Shown here: one piece after another, positions 10,803 through 19,431 of the stretch
Layout of the letters: each line of letters begins with the position of its first letter
How positions within the stretch are numbered: the stretch's first letter is position 1
NCBI GenBank assembly: GCA_938048785.1
Contig: CALIUJ010000109.1
Coordinates: 1-42,106, forward strand
Source of the DNA: an uncultured Archaeoglobaceae archaeon
GTDB lineage: Archaea > Halobacteriota > Archaeoglobi > Archaeoglobales > Archaeoglobaceae
Direction: 5' to 3'
Length of the DNA: 42,106 nt
The notes under the pieces: generated by a model
Told to the model about the DNA's origin: nothing
The model's input: only the letters and a program-made list of their open reading frames with translations
The model's database searches: none
Made by a program: the position numbers and the translations under genes

Positions 10803-11267
10803 TCACACCTTTTTCTTAACCGTCACAATGTCTCCGAGCGTCGTTGTTGGCTGTGGAGCTTTTGAACCCTTTATTTCTGGAACGGACTCTCTCAGTCTTA
10901 CTCCAAACAACTTTTCAAGTTTTTCAATTGTTTCTGGTTCAGGAGTAATTTCCGCGTTCTCTATCTTTTTTATAATCGACTCCTTTTCCTGAATCTTCTT
11001 CGCCAACTGCTCTTGACTCCAGCCTCGTTTCTCTCTCTCAATTCTGATTATCTGGTTAAAGTTTTCAACGAGCTCTTCTTTAAACTCTATCTTTGTTTGC
11101 GGTTTTTTCTTCTTGATCACAACCCTTATAGCAGAACTTTGCTTTGCAGTTGAAACGCTCTCGCTACCGTATTTTTTGCATGATGCACAAACGCTCAACT
11201 CACTTCCCTCGACAACAATTCTGTAGCCGGGAGCTTTGATTTCTTTTCCACATATCTCGCAGTTCAT
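10803..11267 (-). CDS. mbf1: Multiprotein bridging factor 1 family protein (Zn ribbon plus HTH)
   Basis: N-terminal 'CEICGKEI...CASCKKYG' Zn ribbon and C-terminal cro/C1-type HTH ('REKRGWSQEQLAKKI'). Confidence 0.8.
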   Translation of the reverse strand: MNCEICGKEIKAPGYRIVVEGSELSVCASCKKYGSESVSTAKQSSAIRVVIKKKKPQTKIEFKEELVENFNQIIRIEREKRGWSQEQLAKKIQEKESIIKKIENAEITPEPETIEKLEKLFGVRLRESVPEIKGSKAPQPTTTLGDIVTVKKKV

Positions 11268-11320
11268 GGTCTCACCATACCAGCAATAAGTTCATATAGT
11301 TGAAGTGATATATAATTATT

Positions 11321-11334
11321 TGGAGGCTTCCGGG
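11321..11334 (+). repeat. 5' arm (TGGAGGCTTCCGGG) of a perfect 14-bp inverted repeat bracketing pan
   Basis: Exact reverse complement of 12543-12556. It ends 13 nt before the pan ATG, next to the SD-like GAGAGGT. Confidence 0.9.
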
Positions 11335-11347
11335 AGAGGTAGATTCG

Positions 11348-12541
11348 ATGTCGGAAGATCTAAAGTTGCTGATGGAAAAGCTAAGGAAACTTGAGGAGGA
11401 GTATCAAAGGCTTAGGGAACTCTATAGAAGGCTTGAAGATGAAAAAAGATTCATCGAGAGTGAAAGGATAAGGTATGAAAGGGAAGTTAGAAGGCTGAAG
11501 AGCGAGATAGAAAGATTAAGATCACCCCCGTTACTCGTTGGCACGATTTCAGATGTGCTTGAGGATGGAAGAGTCGTTGTTAGAAGCTCTACTGGACCGA
11601 AGTTTGTTGTTTACACATCCCAATATATAAACCCAGATGAACTCAGACCCGGGACGAGGGTTGCGCTCAACCAGCAAACCCTCGCGGTTGTGAACATACT
11701 GCCATCTACAAAGGACCCAATGGTCTACGGTTTTGAAGTTGAAGAGAGACCAAACGTCACTTACGAAGAAATAGGGGGTCTTAGTCAGCAAATAGAAGAG
11801 ATAAGGGAGGCAATAGAATTGCCAATGCTTAAACCGAACCTCTTTAAAGAAATCGGAATCGAGCCCCCGAAAGGGGTTCTACTCTATGGTCCTCCGGGCA
11901 CTGGAAAGACTTTGCTTGCAAAAGCAGTCGCAAATCAAACAAAAGCAACCTTTATAAGAGTAGTTGGGAGCGAGTTCGTTCAAAAGTTCATCGGTGAAGG
12001 TGCGAGACTTGTGAGGGAAGTTTTCCAGCTTGCAAAGGAAAAAGCTCCATCTATAATATTCATCGACGAACTCGATGCGATCGCAGCGAGGAGAATAAGC
12101 AGTGACACGAGTGGCGACAGAGAGGTGCAGAGAACGATGATGCAACTGCTTGCAGAACTCGATGGTTTCGACGCAAGGGGAGACGTGAAGGTGATTGGAG
12201 CGACGAACCGCATAGACATCCTTGATCCCGCAATCCTGCGTCCCGGAAGGTTCGACAGAATAATAGAGGTCCCGAGACCGAGCTACGAGGGAAGGATACA
12301 GATTTTCAAGATACACTCCAAGAAGATGAAGCTCGCAAAGGATGTCGATTTCAACGAGTTGGCAAGGATTACCGAAGGAGCGACTGGTGCGGACATAAGG
12401 GCGATTTGCACCGAAGCTGGTATGTTTGCGATACGGGAGGATAGAATGGAAGTTAGAATGTTGGATTTCATGAAGGCTGTAGAGAAAGTGTTGAAGAGAT
12501 CTCAACCCATAGCAGATCTCAAAGGAGTTATGTTCGTTTAA
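11348..12541 (+). CDS. pan: Proteasome-activating nucleotidase PAN (AAA+ ATPase)
   Basis: N-terminal coiled coil, OB region, Walker A 'GPPGTGKT', Walker B 'IIFIDELD' and second region of homology '[21 protein letters not shown]'. The C-terminus is ...GVMFV. Confidence 0.95.
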   Translation: MSEDLKLLMEKLRKLEEEYQRLRELYRRLEDEKRFIESERIRYEREVRRLKSEIERLRSPPLLVGTISDVLEDGRVVVRSSTGPKFVVYTSQYINPDELRPGTRVALNQQTLAVVNILPSTKDPMVYGFEVEERPNVTYEEIGGLSQQIEEIREAIELPMLKPNLFKEIGIEPPKGVLLYGPPGTGKTLLAKAVANQTKATFIRVVGSEFVQKFIGEGARLVREVFQLAKEKAPSIIFIDELDAIAARRISSDTSGDREVQRTMMQLLAELDGFDARGDVKVIGATNRIDILDPAILRPGRFDRIIEVPRPSYEGRIQIFKIHSKKMKLAKDVDFNELARITEGATGADIRAICTEAGMFAIREDRMEVRMLDFMKAVEKVLKRSQPIADLKGVMFV

Positions 12542-12542
12542 C

Positions 12543-12556
12543 CCCGGAAGCCTCCA
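12543..12556 (+). repeat. 3' arm (CCCGGAAGCCTCCA) of the inverted repeat bracketing pan
   Basis: It starts 2 nt after the pan TAA stop and is the exact reverse complement of 11321-11334. Confidence 0.9.
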
Positions 12557-12565
12557 CAACGACAA

Positions 12566-12570
12566 TTTTT
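12566..12570 (+). terminator. Oligo-T tract, candidate archaeal terminator for pan
   Basis: TTTTT lies 25 nt after the pan stop and just before the convergent tRNA. Confidence 0.35.
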
Positions 12571-12571
12571 A

Positions 12572-12643
12572 CGCCCCCGCCGGGAATCGAACCCGGGTCT
12601 GAGGCTCCGAAGGCCTCAAGGATGTCCGCTACCCCACGGGGGC
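12572..12643 (-). tRNA. tRNA-Arg (anticodon TCG), no encoded CCA, no intron
   Basis: The reverse complement reads GCCCCCG-TG-GGGTAGCGGACATCCT-T-GAGGC-CTTCGGA-GCCTC-AGAC-CCGGG-TTCGATT-CCCGG-CGGGGGC-G. It has a 7-bp acceptor stem, a 5-bp anticodon stem with loop CUUCGGA, and a GTTCGAWT T-loop. Confidence 0.85.
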
Positions 12644-12665
12644 TTCGAGATCCTTCGTGTCGCAA

Positions 12666-12673
12666 TTTATTAA
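12666..12673 (-). promoter_or_regulatory. TATA box (TTAATAAA on the minus strand) for the tRNA-Arg gene
   Basis: Centred about 26-27 nt upstream of the mature tRNA 5' end. Confidence 0.5.
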
Positions 12674-12805
12674 CCTTTGGTTATGCTGGGAACTTTAGAC
12701 TTCTTCCACGTAGAGCGAGATGATTTCTGTCGAAGTTTCACCCTTAGATCGATGATCGTTTAACACTTCAAAAGTTTTTTAAACGTTAGACCAACGTCTC
12801 TCTTT

Positions 12806-13744
12806 ATGGACGTGTTGAAAAAAGTCGAAGAACTCATAGCTTTGGAGAAATTCGATGAAGCGTTTCAGGCGGTTCTCTCAGAAGCTCCGGACGATCTGAA
12901 ACCCATGATAGAGAGATCTCTTACCCAACCAGAAGAGCTTAAAGAAATGGAGGGTTTTTGGAAAGACATTGCATTGCTCGTTCACTTTTCCAATTCTTCG
13001 AGCAAACTTTCGAGGGAGATAGACAACCAATCCCTTGTTTCTTGCGTTATCGCATCCATCAACGCTGTTAAATTGGCGAACAAACTTGGGATTAGATCGG
13101 TAACTCCAAAGATGATGCGAAACGCTGGGAGAGCCTTGGTCTTTATGAAAATGAGAGATCGTGCGGAAAGGATGCTGATCGAAGCCGAGAAGGTCTGTCT
13201 TGAGATTGGGAAGGAAGACGAACTCTTGGGTATCTACAACGACCTATCTGCTTTATACTTCGAGGGAGGAAATTATTCGGAGGCGAGAGAGAAGGTAGAA
13301 GCTGCGATAAAAATAGCCGAAAAAAGGGAAGATTATGAGGCGATAAACAGCTTTTCAATTGCTGCAGAAGTTTACTCAAAGCTCGGAGAATTCGAGAAAG
13401 CTGAACAGAATTACAAAAAAGCTGAAACCATGCTAAGGGGGCTCGTAGAAAAAGAGAGGTCGAGTAAGCTTGAGCTTGGAATTCTATTGAGCAACTATGC
13501 AAACTTCTGCAAGAGAATCGGCAAGTTCGATCTCGCTGAGAGAATGTTGCTCGAGTCTCTCGGAATTTTTGAAGAACTCGAAAAGTTGGACTTCTCCTTT
13601 GCCCAGTTTGTTGCAACGAATCTTCGGCATTTGGGTGATTTATACAGAGAAACAAAGAAATTCGATGAAGCGGAGAAGTTCTACTCTAAATCGAGAGAAA
13701 AGTTCAGAGAGATCCAGAGGAGGTGGGAAAGTTTTGGGAGCTGA
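12806..13744 (+). CDS. TPR-repeat-like helical protein
   Basis: Repeated 34-residue-like units, for example 'ALYFEGGNYSEAREKVEAAIKIAE', 'EVYSKLGEFEKAEQNYKKAE' and 'DLYRETKKFDEAEKFYSKS'. Confidence 0.6.
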   Translation: MDVLKKVEELIALEKFDEAFQAVLSEAPDDLKPMIERSLTQPEELKEMEGFWKDIALLVHFSNSSSKLSREIDNQSLVSCVIASINAVKLANKLGIRSVTPKMMRNAGRALVFMKMRDRAERMLIEAEKVCLEIGKEDELLGIYNDLSALYFEGGNYSEAREKVEAAIKIAEKREDYEAINSFSIAAEVYSKLGEFEKAEQNYKKAETMLRGLVEKERSSKLELGILLSNYANFCKRIGKFDLAERMLLESLGIFEELEKLDFSFAQFVATNLRHLGDLYRETKKFDEAEKFYSKSREKFREIQRRWESFGS

Positions 13745-13798
13745 GAAAAGAATTATATACTTTTTGTCTCCGTTATACATAATTAAAGCTGGGAGGGG

Positions 13799-14905
13799 AT
13801 GGGTTTGAAATCGATCATAGAAGAAGCCCTTCTTAGGGCGGAGAGGGAAAAGAAGGGGAGGTTGGAGGGAAAACCTGCAGAAAACGTCGAGGATGAGATA
13901 ATTCAGATGCTTCACGAGCTGAAAACAGTGATTAAGGTCATTGGCGTAGGTGGGGCGGGTTGCAACACTATCACAAGACTTTACGAGGAAGGAGTTGAGG
14001 GTGCGGAGCTAATAGCCATGAACACAGACGTTCAGCACCTTTACTACACAAAAGCTGGTAAAAGAGTTCTACTTGGAAAAAGAAGGACCCGAGGTCTTGG
14101 CGCTGGTAGTTTGCCACAGGTCGGTGAAGAGGCTGCGAGGGAGAGCGAGGAGGAGATCAAGAAGATCGTAGAGGGAAGCGACATGGTTTTCATAACCTGC
14201 GGTCTCGGTGGCGGAACTGGAACTGGTGCTGCGCCAATTGTTGCGGAAGCTGCACAAGAAGCGGGTGCTTTGACGATTGGCGTTGTAACATTTCCCTTCA
14301 CAGCAGAGGGCAGTGTGAGAAGATCGAATGCTGAAGCAGGACTTGAGAGGTTGAAGGAAGTTACGGATACCGTAATAGTGATTCCAAACGACAGATTGCT
14401 TGAGGTTGTGCCCAACTATCCTATAAATCTCGCATTCAAGGTTGCGGATGAGATTCTGATGAGATCGGTTAAGGGGATAACGGAGCTGATAACGAAACCG
14501 GGTCTCGTGAACTTAGACTTCGCAGACGTGAAGACGATCATGGAAAAGGGAGGAGTTGCGATGATTGGCTTGGGAGAAGCGAGCGGAGAAGATAAAGCCC
14601 TTGAGTCGATCAGAAAAGCTTTGAAGAGCCCACTGCTGGATGTAGACATCACTGGAGCAAAGTCTGCGCTCGTGAACGTTACCGGCGGACCAGATATGAC
14701 GGTCGAAGAAGCTGAGAGCATAGTGGAGGAAATATACACAAAGCTCGACGCTGATGCGAGGATAATCTGGGGTGCGATGGTAGATCCAGAGCTTGAAAAC
14801 ACGATAAGAACCCTTGTAATCATAACTGGGGTAAAAAGCCCACAAATATTTGGGAAAAAGGGCGCCCCCATAACCCAGAGGTTTGGTATAGACGTCGTCA
14901 AGTAA
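13799..14905 (+). CDS. ftsZ: Cell division GTPase FtsZ
   Basis: '[11 protein letters not shown]', the tubulin signature '[15 protein letters not shown]', and 'NTD'/'NLDFADV' motifs. It sits in the conserved euryarchaeal ftsZ-secE-nusG-rpl11 context. Confidence 0.95.
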   Translation: MGLKSIIEEALLRAEREKKGRLEGKPAENVEDEIIQMLHELKTVIKVIGVGGAGCNTITRLYEEGVEGAELIAMNTDVQHLYYTKAGKRVLLGKRRTRGLGAGSLPQVGEEAARESEEEIKKIVEGSDMVFITCGLGGGTGTGAAPIVAEAAQEAGALTIGVVTFPFTAEGSVRRSNAEAGLERLKEVTDTVIVIPNDRLLEVVPNYPINLAFKVADEILMRSVKGITELITKPGLVNLDFADVKTIMEKGGVAMIGLGEASGEDKALESIRKALKSPLLDVDITGAKSALVNVTGGPDMTVEEAESIVEEIYTKLDADARIIWGAMVDPELENTIRTLVIITGVKSPQIFGKKGAPITQRFGIDVVK

Positions 14906-14935
14906 AGCTTAATAATCGCTCCTATAGCTGAGGAT

Positions 14936-15115
14936 ATGCTAAGATTAGAGGGAAGACTCAGAGAATACTACAACGTGCTGAAGATGGCAAAGAAGCCAAA
15001 CTGGGAAGAGTTCTCGATGACCGCAAAGGTAGCGTTGGCAGTTATCTTTGTGGTTGGATTTGTTGGCTTTCTGATATACCTCTTGATGGAAGTTTTGCCA
15101 GGTGCTCTTAGATGA
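14936..15115 (+). CDS. secE: Preprotein translocase subunit SecE / Sec61-gamma (59 aa, absent from the ORF track)
   Basis: My translation is [59 protein letters not shown]. It shows the 'VLK.AKKP..EEF' motif plus a single C-terminal TM helix. The stop overlaps the nusG ATG (ATGA). Confidence 0.85.
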   Translation: MLRLEGRLREYYNVLKMAKKPNWEEFSMTAKVALAVIFVVGFVGFLIYLLMEVLPGALR

Positions 15116-15558
15116 GATACACCGCTATTAAAACAACCGCAAATCAGGAAAGAACGGTTGCAAACCTTGTTGAACTTGCTGTGAAGAAACAGGGGCTTAA
15201 GGTTTACTCGATCTTAGCCCCGAAGGAGCTGAAGGGTTACATAATCTTGGAATCGGAAAACTTCGACGATGCCATAAGGGCAATAAAAGGAGTTCCACAT
15301 GTGAAAGGAGTCGTGAAGAAGGAGGTGAGCTTTGCAGACATTCAGCACTACCTAACGCCGAAGAGAGCGGTTGAGCAGCTCAAAGAGGGTTATACGGTTG
15401 AGGTAACTGTCGGTCCCTTCAAGGGAGAGAGGGGGATTGTTAAGAGAGTTGACAGCACTAGGAATGAGATAACAATAGAACTCCTTGAAGCGGTTGTTCC
15501 GATTCCCGTAACTGTAAAAGCCGAAAACGTTAGAGTTGTTGACAAGAAGGAGGTGTAA
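15112..15558 (+). CDS. nusG: Transcription elongation factor Spt5 (NusG)
   Basis: NGN domain followed by the KOW motif '[17 protein letters not shown]'. It occupies the conserved position between secE and rpl11. Confidence 0.9.
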   Translation: MRYTAIKTTANQERTVANLVELAVKKQGLKVYSILAPKELKGYIILESENFDDAIRAIKGVPHVKGVVKKEVSFADIQHYLTPKRAVEQLKEGYTVEVTVGPFKGERGIVKRVDSTRNEITIELLEAVVPIPVTVKAENVRVVDKKEV

Positions 15559-15560
15559 AG

Positions 15561-16031
15561 ATGAAGGAGGTTGAGGTTCTCGTTACCGGAGGACAAGCAA
15601 CACCTGGACCACCTTTGGGGCCAGTCATAGGTCCTTTGGGGTTGAACGTGAAGCAAGTCGTGGACAAGATAAACGAGGCTACTAAGGAATACCTCGGATT
15701 GAACGTGCCAGTTAAAATAATAGTAAAGGAAGACAGGTCTTTCGAGATAAAGGTAGGGGTTCCACCAGTTTCTGCGCTGATCAAGAGAGAGTTAAAGCTT
15801 GAAAAAGGCTCTTCGAACCCAGGGAAGGATTTCGTGGGCAATATAAAGCTCGAGCAGTTGATAAAAATAGCGAAGCTAAAGAAGGAGAAATCGCTTTCGT
15901 ATTCGATCAAGGGAGTCGTGAAAGAAGCACTGGGTGTCTGCGTTTCCATGGGAATAAAGGTCGACGGTAAAAATCCAAAGGAAGTGCTCAAAGAGATCGA
16001 CGAAGGTAAAATAAAGATTCCAGAGGATTAG
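15561..16031 (+). CDS. rpl11: 50S ribosomal protein L11
   Basis: '[20 protein letters not shown]' is the canonical L11 N-terminal motif. Confidence 0.95.
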   Translation: MKEVEVLVTGGQATPGPPLGPVIGPLGLNVKQVVDKINEATKEYLGLNVPVKIIVKEDRSFEIKVGVPPVSALIKRELKLEKGSSNPGKDFVGNIKLEQLIKIAKLKKEKSLSYSIKGVVKEALGVCVSMGIKVDGKNPKEVLKEIDEGKIKIPED

Positions 16032-16726
16032 CTTAGATCACCACAGGCACAAAAAAGCTCCCTTAATGATGAAAGCAGATCTTCAAATCCAGTTTTTTTG
16101 ACACTTGAAACCTTCAGCGTCCTGTATTTTATCGTGCTGTAGTCCAAGATTGGCGTGATTTTTTCCATCAACTCCGCTAAAACCCCAGTCTTGACTTTTA
16201 ACTCTTTTAAAATCTCCTCGGTTCTCAAATCGCACAAATCAGTTTTCGAAAAAACCGCAATTGTTGGAATCGAGAGTCTAAGAGCAACAACGACGTTCTG
16301 CAAGATCGCAGATACGAAGTTCTCGGGAGTCTTCACCATAGTGGAGTCCAACATGAAGACTCCCGCGGTGAACTTGTCTGAGATTCTTCGAACGAATTCT
16401 ATGCCACTCTCTGAGTATATGAACAGCTCCATTTGTCCGGGCGTGTCGTAGAGCACGAAGTCTGCGGATACTCTGAAATCCTCGACGAAGTCGAGCATGA
16501 GCTCTACAGACTTTAAAAGAGCCCCGTTTATGCCAAGCCCATATCTTTTCATAAGCTCCTCTGTTCTAACGAACTTCCTTATATCAAGATCCGCAGGGTA
16601 TATGGGATCACTCGCTGGATCGAGATTCACGAGTTTAACATCGTAATTGTTCTTTAGAAACTCTCCAAACTCCTTTACCAGCGTGCTCTTCCCACTTCCC
16701 GCGGTTCCTATCACGAAGACTCTCAT
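16028..16726 (-). CDS. GPN-loop GTPase (PAB0955 family)
   Basis: P-loop 'GTAGSGKST', 'DTPGQMELF', 'SKTD' and C-terminal 'CACGDLS'. It appears to align along its full length to the P. abyssi PAB0955 sequence as I recall it (not database-checked). The eponymous G-P-N reads G-I-N here ('GLGINGAL'). Confidence 0.9.
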   Translation of the reverse strand: MRVFVIGTAGSGKSTLVKEFGEFLKNNYDVKLVNLDPASDPIYPADLDIRKFVRTEELMKRYGLGINGALLKSVELMLDFVEDFRVSADFVLYDTPGQMELFIYSESGIEFVRRISDKFTAGVFMLDSTMVKTPENFVSAILQNVVVALRLSIPTIAVFSKTDLCDLRTEEILKELKVKTGVLAELMEKITPILDYSTIKYRTLKVSSVKKTGFEDLLSSLRELFCACGDLS

Positions 16727-17412
16727 CAGTATCTGCGTAGGAAAGCTAAGAATACGCCCACCAAGATTGCGATGAGCAAAATCGTTGAGAACTTGAAGAC
16801 GTCGGTGTAAAACGTTACGCTCTTGAGGTAACTCTCAACGTCTTTGATCTCGGATTTGAGATTCAAGTTCTCTGTTCTTAGCTCCTCTACGCTTCTCTGC
16901 AACTCGAAAAGTTTAGAACTCATATTGCTAAGATTTTTGGAGTAATTTGCGAGCTCAACTCTTGCATCCTCGAGCTCCTTTTTCAACCTAAGGTTCTCAT
17001 CTGCGTAAACCTTTATCTTGTCGTACAGGTCTACGTTTATGCTGTTTATAATTTCGACGAGTGATTTAAGATAGTCGACCCTTGAGCTGAGAGCATTGTT
17101 CTCTCTTCTAAGCTTAATAATCTCTTTCTGCAGTTCGGTCACTTCTTTGTTGAAGTTCTCGACCCTCTTCACATCTACTGTAATTCTTTCTTCACCCAAA
17201 GGGCTCATCAAGGTTATCGTCTTCATACCTTCGCAACCGTAGCCCACGATAACCGTGTATTTGCCCGGCGTGAGGTTTTCAGCGTTGCTTAGACTGTGCT
17301 CAAAGAACATGCACTCGTCTAAGATGACCACAGATTGCTCAGAAATGGTCAGATTAAAAGAACCTCCTTGAAAAACCGTGATTGCACTGAGGAGAAAGAG
17401 TAGTAGGATCAC
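16726..17412 (-). CDS. Bitopic envelope protein: signal peptide, small beta-rich domain, long coiled coil, C-terminal TM anchor
   Basis: 'MILLLFLLSAITVFQG' signal, a Cys-containing domain of about 70 aa, a heptad-rich region of about 115 aa (residues about 90-205) and the anchor 'ILLIAILVGVFLAFLRRY'. It has five N-x-S/T sequons. It shares 1 nt with the downstream GPN-GTPase gene. Confidence 0.6.
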   Translation of the reverse strand: MILLLFLLSAITVFQGGSFNLTISEQSVVILDECMFFEHSLSNAENLTPGKYTVIVGYGCEGMKTITLMSPLGEERITVDVKRVENFNKEVTELQKEIIKLRRENNALSSRVDYLKSLVEIINSINVDLYDKIKVYADENLRLKKELEDARVELANYSKNLSNMSSKLFELQRSVEELRTENLNLKSEIKDVESYLKSVTFYTDVFKFSTILLIAILVGVFLAFLRRY

Positions 17413-17822
17413 TTCGCAACACCCCTCAAGCTTCTATTAACGATTTCCCATATCTCAGAAAGATCTTTAACCGATGCTATCTTACCACGGATGTATAAGA
17501 ACGTTCTTCCTTGTTTTAAAGCATATCTACAGTCGTTCTCTCGAAAGATGGCGATCTCTTCTGCGTTCGTTTGTTCAAGCAACTTTTTCATCTCCATAGC
17601 TTCGACCTCTTCTACCCCATGCAGTTTCTTTCTCTCTCCATCGAAAATTGCGCTGTTGACGAGAAACTTGCTCTTGAGGTATTCTGGAATCTCTTCAAAC
17701 TTTAAAACCACTTTTTTACCATTATTTCCGAGTCCAAGCTTTCTTAAAAGCTTTTCTCCGATAAAAAATCCAAACAAGATCCCAAACGTTGAGATCAGGA
17801 CCTCCCAGAAGATACGCATCAC
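17409..17822 (-). CDS. N-terminally membrane-anchored small protein, function unknown
   Basis: TM helix 'IFWEVLISTFGILFGFFIG' followed by a soluble alpha/beta-looking domain of about 110 aa. A 4-nt overlap with the next gene suggests one operon. Confidence 0.5.
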   Translation of the reverse strand: MMRIFWEVLISTFGILFGFFIGEKLLRKLGLGNNGKKVVLKFEEIPEYLKSKFLVNSAIFDGERKKLHGVEEVEAMEMKKLLEQTNAEEIAIFRENDCRYALKQGRTFLYIRGKIASVKDLSEIWEIVNRSLRGVAK

Positions 17823-17908
17823 CTACACTTTGTAAGCACGTAAATTTTTATATTTTGCCCCTCGGAAACGCTGAGAATAAGTTTAAAATACAAACACAGA
17901 ATGTGTTT

Positions 17909-18124
17909 ATGCTCGTGAAGCTTTCGCTCCATGGATTGAGATGCAAGGCTTGTATCAGTGCGGTTAGATCTGTGTTGGAAGAGAACGACGCAATAGTTAT
18001 AGGTGTAACCCTAAAGTCCGCGGAGTTCGAAGTTCCAGATGGAGACACGGGAAAGATAGAAAAAATAGTTAGGGAGATTGAGGAACTCGGTTACGATGCA
18101 AAGATAGTCGAAATTCAGCGTTGA
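17909..18124 (+). CDS. Heavy-metal-associated (HMA) domain protein, CopZ-like metallochaperone (71 aa)
   Basis: 'KLSLHGLRCKACISAV' carries the CxxC metal-binding loop in a beta-alpha-beta-beta-alpha-beta sized protein. I chose ATG 17909 because the ORF-track start 17789 would overlap the divergent gene. Confidence 0.7.
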   Translation: MLVKLSLHGLRCKACISAVRSVLEENDAIVIGVTLKSAEFEVPDGDTGKIEKIVREIEELGYDAKIVEIQR

Positions 18125-18666
18125 ATCAAGCGATCGAAGAACGGATTCTTCCCTTCAGAGGCGATTGGGATAGCGAACATCACATCGCTTTTCATAATTC
18201 CAAGAGCTTTTACTGCGATCGCAACCCTATACATTATCCTTGTATCAACTCCAAGAATTGCCGACATCTTTACAGCGCTTCCCAAGGCTATTCCAAGATC
18301 TATTATCTTGAAAACACAATTTGGACCGCTGAACTTTCTTTCTTTCTTCTCCGCTTTTTCGAACTCCGCACAACTTTTGAAACCACAGGCTCCGCAGTTG
18401 ACACCAATAGATCTTTCGCCCCTTATTCCAAGGACTAAGATGCCCTTCGCCTTCCTCAAGCTGTTCGCATCCCTTATGAAGTCCTTGTCTTCGTTCGCAA
18501 ACTCCTCCATTTTTCTTGCGATCTCCTCTATCCTTTCCTTGGGGATGTAGACTATTTCGAGGTCGTCGATTCCCTTTGACTTCGGTGCAGTTCTTGCGCT
18601 TTCCGCCATCAGAAATGCGCAAATCTTAACGGCTTCGTCCGCAAAATCTCTCTCGTTAAGCACCAT
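18115..18666 (-). CDS. DUF2148-type ferredoxin-domain protein
   Basis: 'GVNCGACGFKSCAEF' and 'GPNCVFK' Cys motifs and overall similarity to the DUF2148 family. It lies 24 nt downstream of cobA on the same strand. Confidence 0.7.
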   Translation of the reverse strand: MVLNERDFADEAVKICAFLMAESARTAPKSKGIDDLEIVYIPKERIEEIARKMEEFANEDKDFIRDANSLRKAKGILVLGIRGERSIGVNCGACGFKSCAEFEKAEKKERKFSGPNCVFKIIDLGIALGSAVKMSAILGVDTRIMYRVAIAVKALGIMKSDVMFAIPIASEGKNPFFDRLIQR

Positions 18667-18690
18667 GAAAAAAGTTTGCGGAATATTAAC

Positions 18691-19431
18691 CTAATTCTCT
18701 GATCTTACTTTCGCAATCGTGCGCATTATATCGACTACGTTGCCTACCACTATTACCGCGGGTGGAGAGACGTTCATACTTCTAACCTTCTCCACTATAT
18801 CCCTCAGCGTTCCATCGACAACTCTTTGATCCTTCGAAAATCCCCTTTCGATCACCGCAACTGGTGTTTCTGGATCTTTTCCATTCTCTATGAGATTTTT
18901 GCAGATCTTTTCTATGTTCGAAAGCCCCATGAGCACGACGATCGTCGCATTCAACTTTGCGAGTGCGGACCAGTTCAGCCTTCCCTTTGCTTCGTGTCCC
19001 GTGATGAAAACAACCGCTGGATCGCAGTTGCGATGCGTAATCGGAATCCCCGCTGCACCGGGGACTGCGATTGCAGAAGTTACCCCGGGAACGTATTCAA
19101 ACTCGATACCCTCTTTTGCAAGGAACTCGATCTCCTCGCCACCTCTACCGAAAACAAACGGATCTCCGCCTTTTAGGCGAACTACCTTCTTCCCAGCTTT
19201 TGCGAGATCTGCGAGCATTCTGTTTATCTCTTCTTGTTCGAACTTGTGAAAACCTTTTCTCTTTCCAACACTTATAAGCTCCGCTTTTGTTTCGTTGAGG
19301 ACTTCAACGACTTCTCCAATCAGATCATCGTATAAGATCACGTCCGCCTCTTTTATCACGTTCAAAGCCCTTATCGTGAGCAAATCCTTCTTTCCGGGAC
19401 CAGCTCCTACGATGAAAACCTTACCTCTCAT
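18691..19431 (-). CDS. cobA: Uroporphyrinogen-III C-methyltransferase (SUMT)
   Basis: 'VGAGPGKKDLLTIRA', 'VVRLKGGDPFVFGRGGEE' and 'VPGVTSAIA' are tetrapyrrole methylase signatures. Confidence 0.9.
   Translation of the reverse strand: MRGKVFIVGAGPGKKDLLTIRALNVIKEADVILYDDLIGEVVEVLNETKAELISVGKRKGFHKFEQEEINRMLADLAKAGKKVVRLKGGDPFVFGRGGEEIEFLAKEGIEFEYVPGVTSAIAVPGAAGIPITHRNCDPAVVFITGHEAKGRLNWSALAKLNATIVVLMGLSNIEKICKNLIENGKDPETPVAVIERGFSKDQRVVDGTLRDIVEKVRSMNVSPPAVIVVGNVVDIMRTIAKVRSEN

Noticed and set aside
11879-12565. A 228-aa ORF antisense to pan.
   Set aside because: It is a shadow ORF of a highly conserved AAA+ gene. Its sequence looks random, and it would run into the tRNA gene.
12715-12775. 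A possible C/D-box sRNA in the tRNA/TPR intergenic region, with GATGATT at 12719 and GATGATC at 12751.
   Set aside because: Neither box matches RUGAUGA. No CUGA D or D' boxes occur at the required spacing, and there is no terminal kink-turn pairing.
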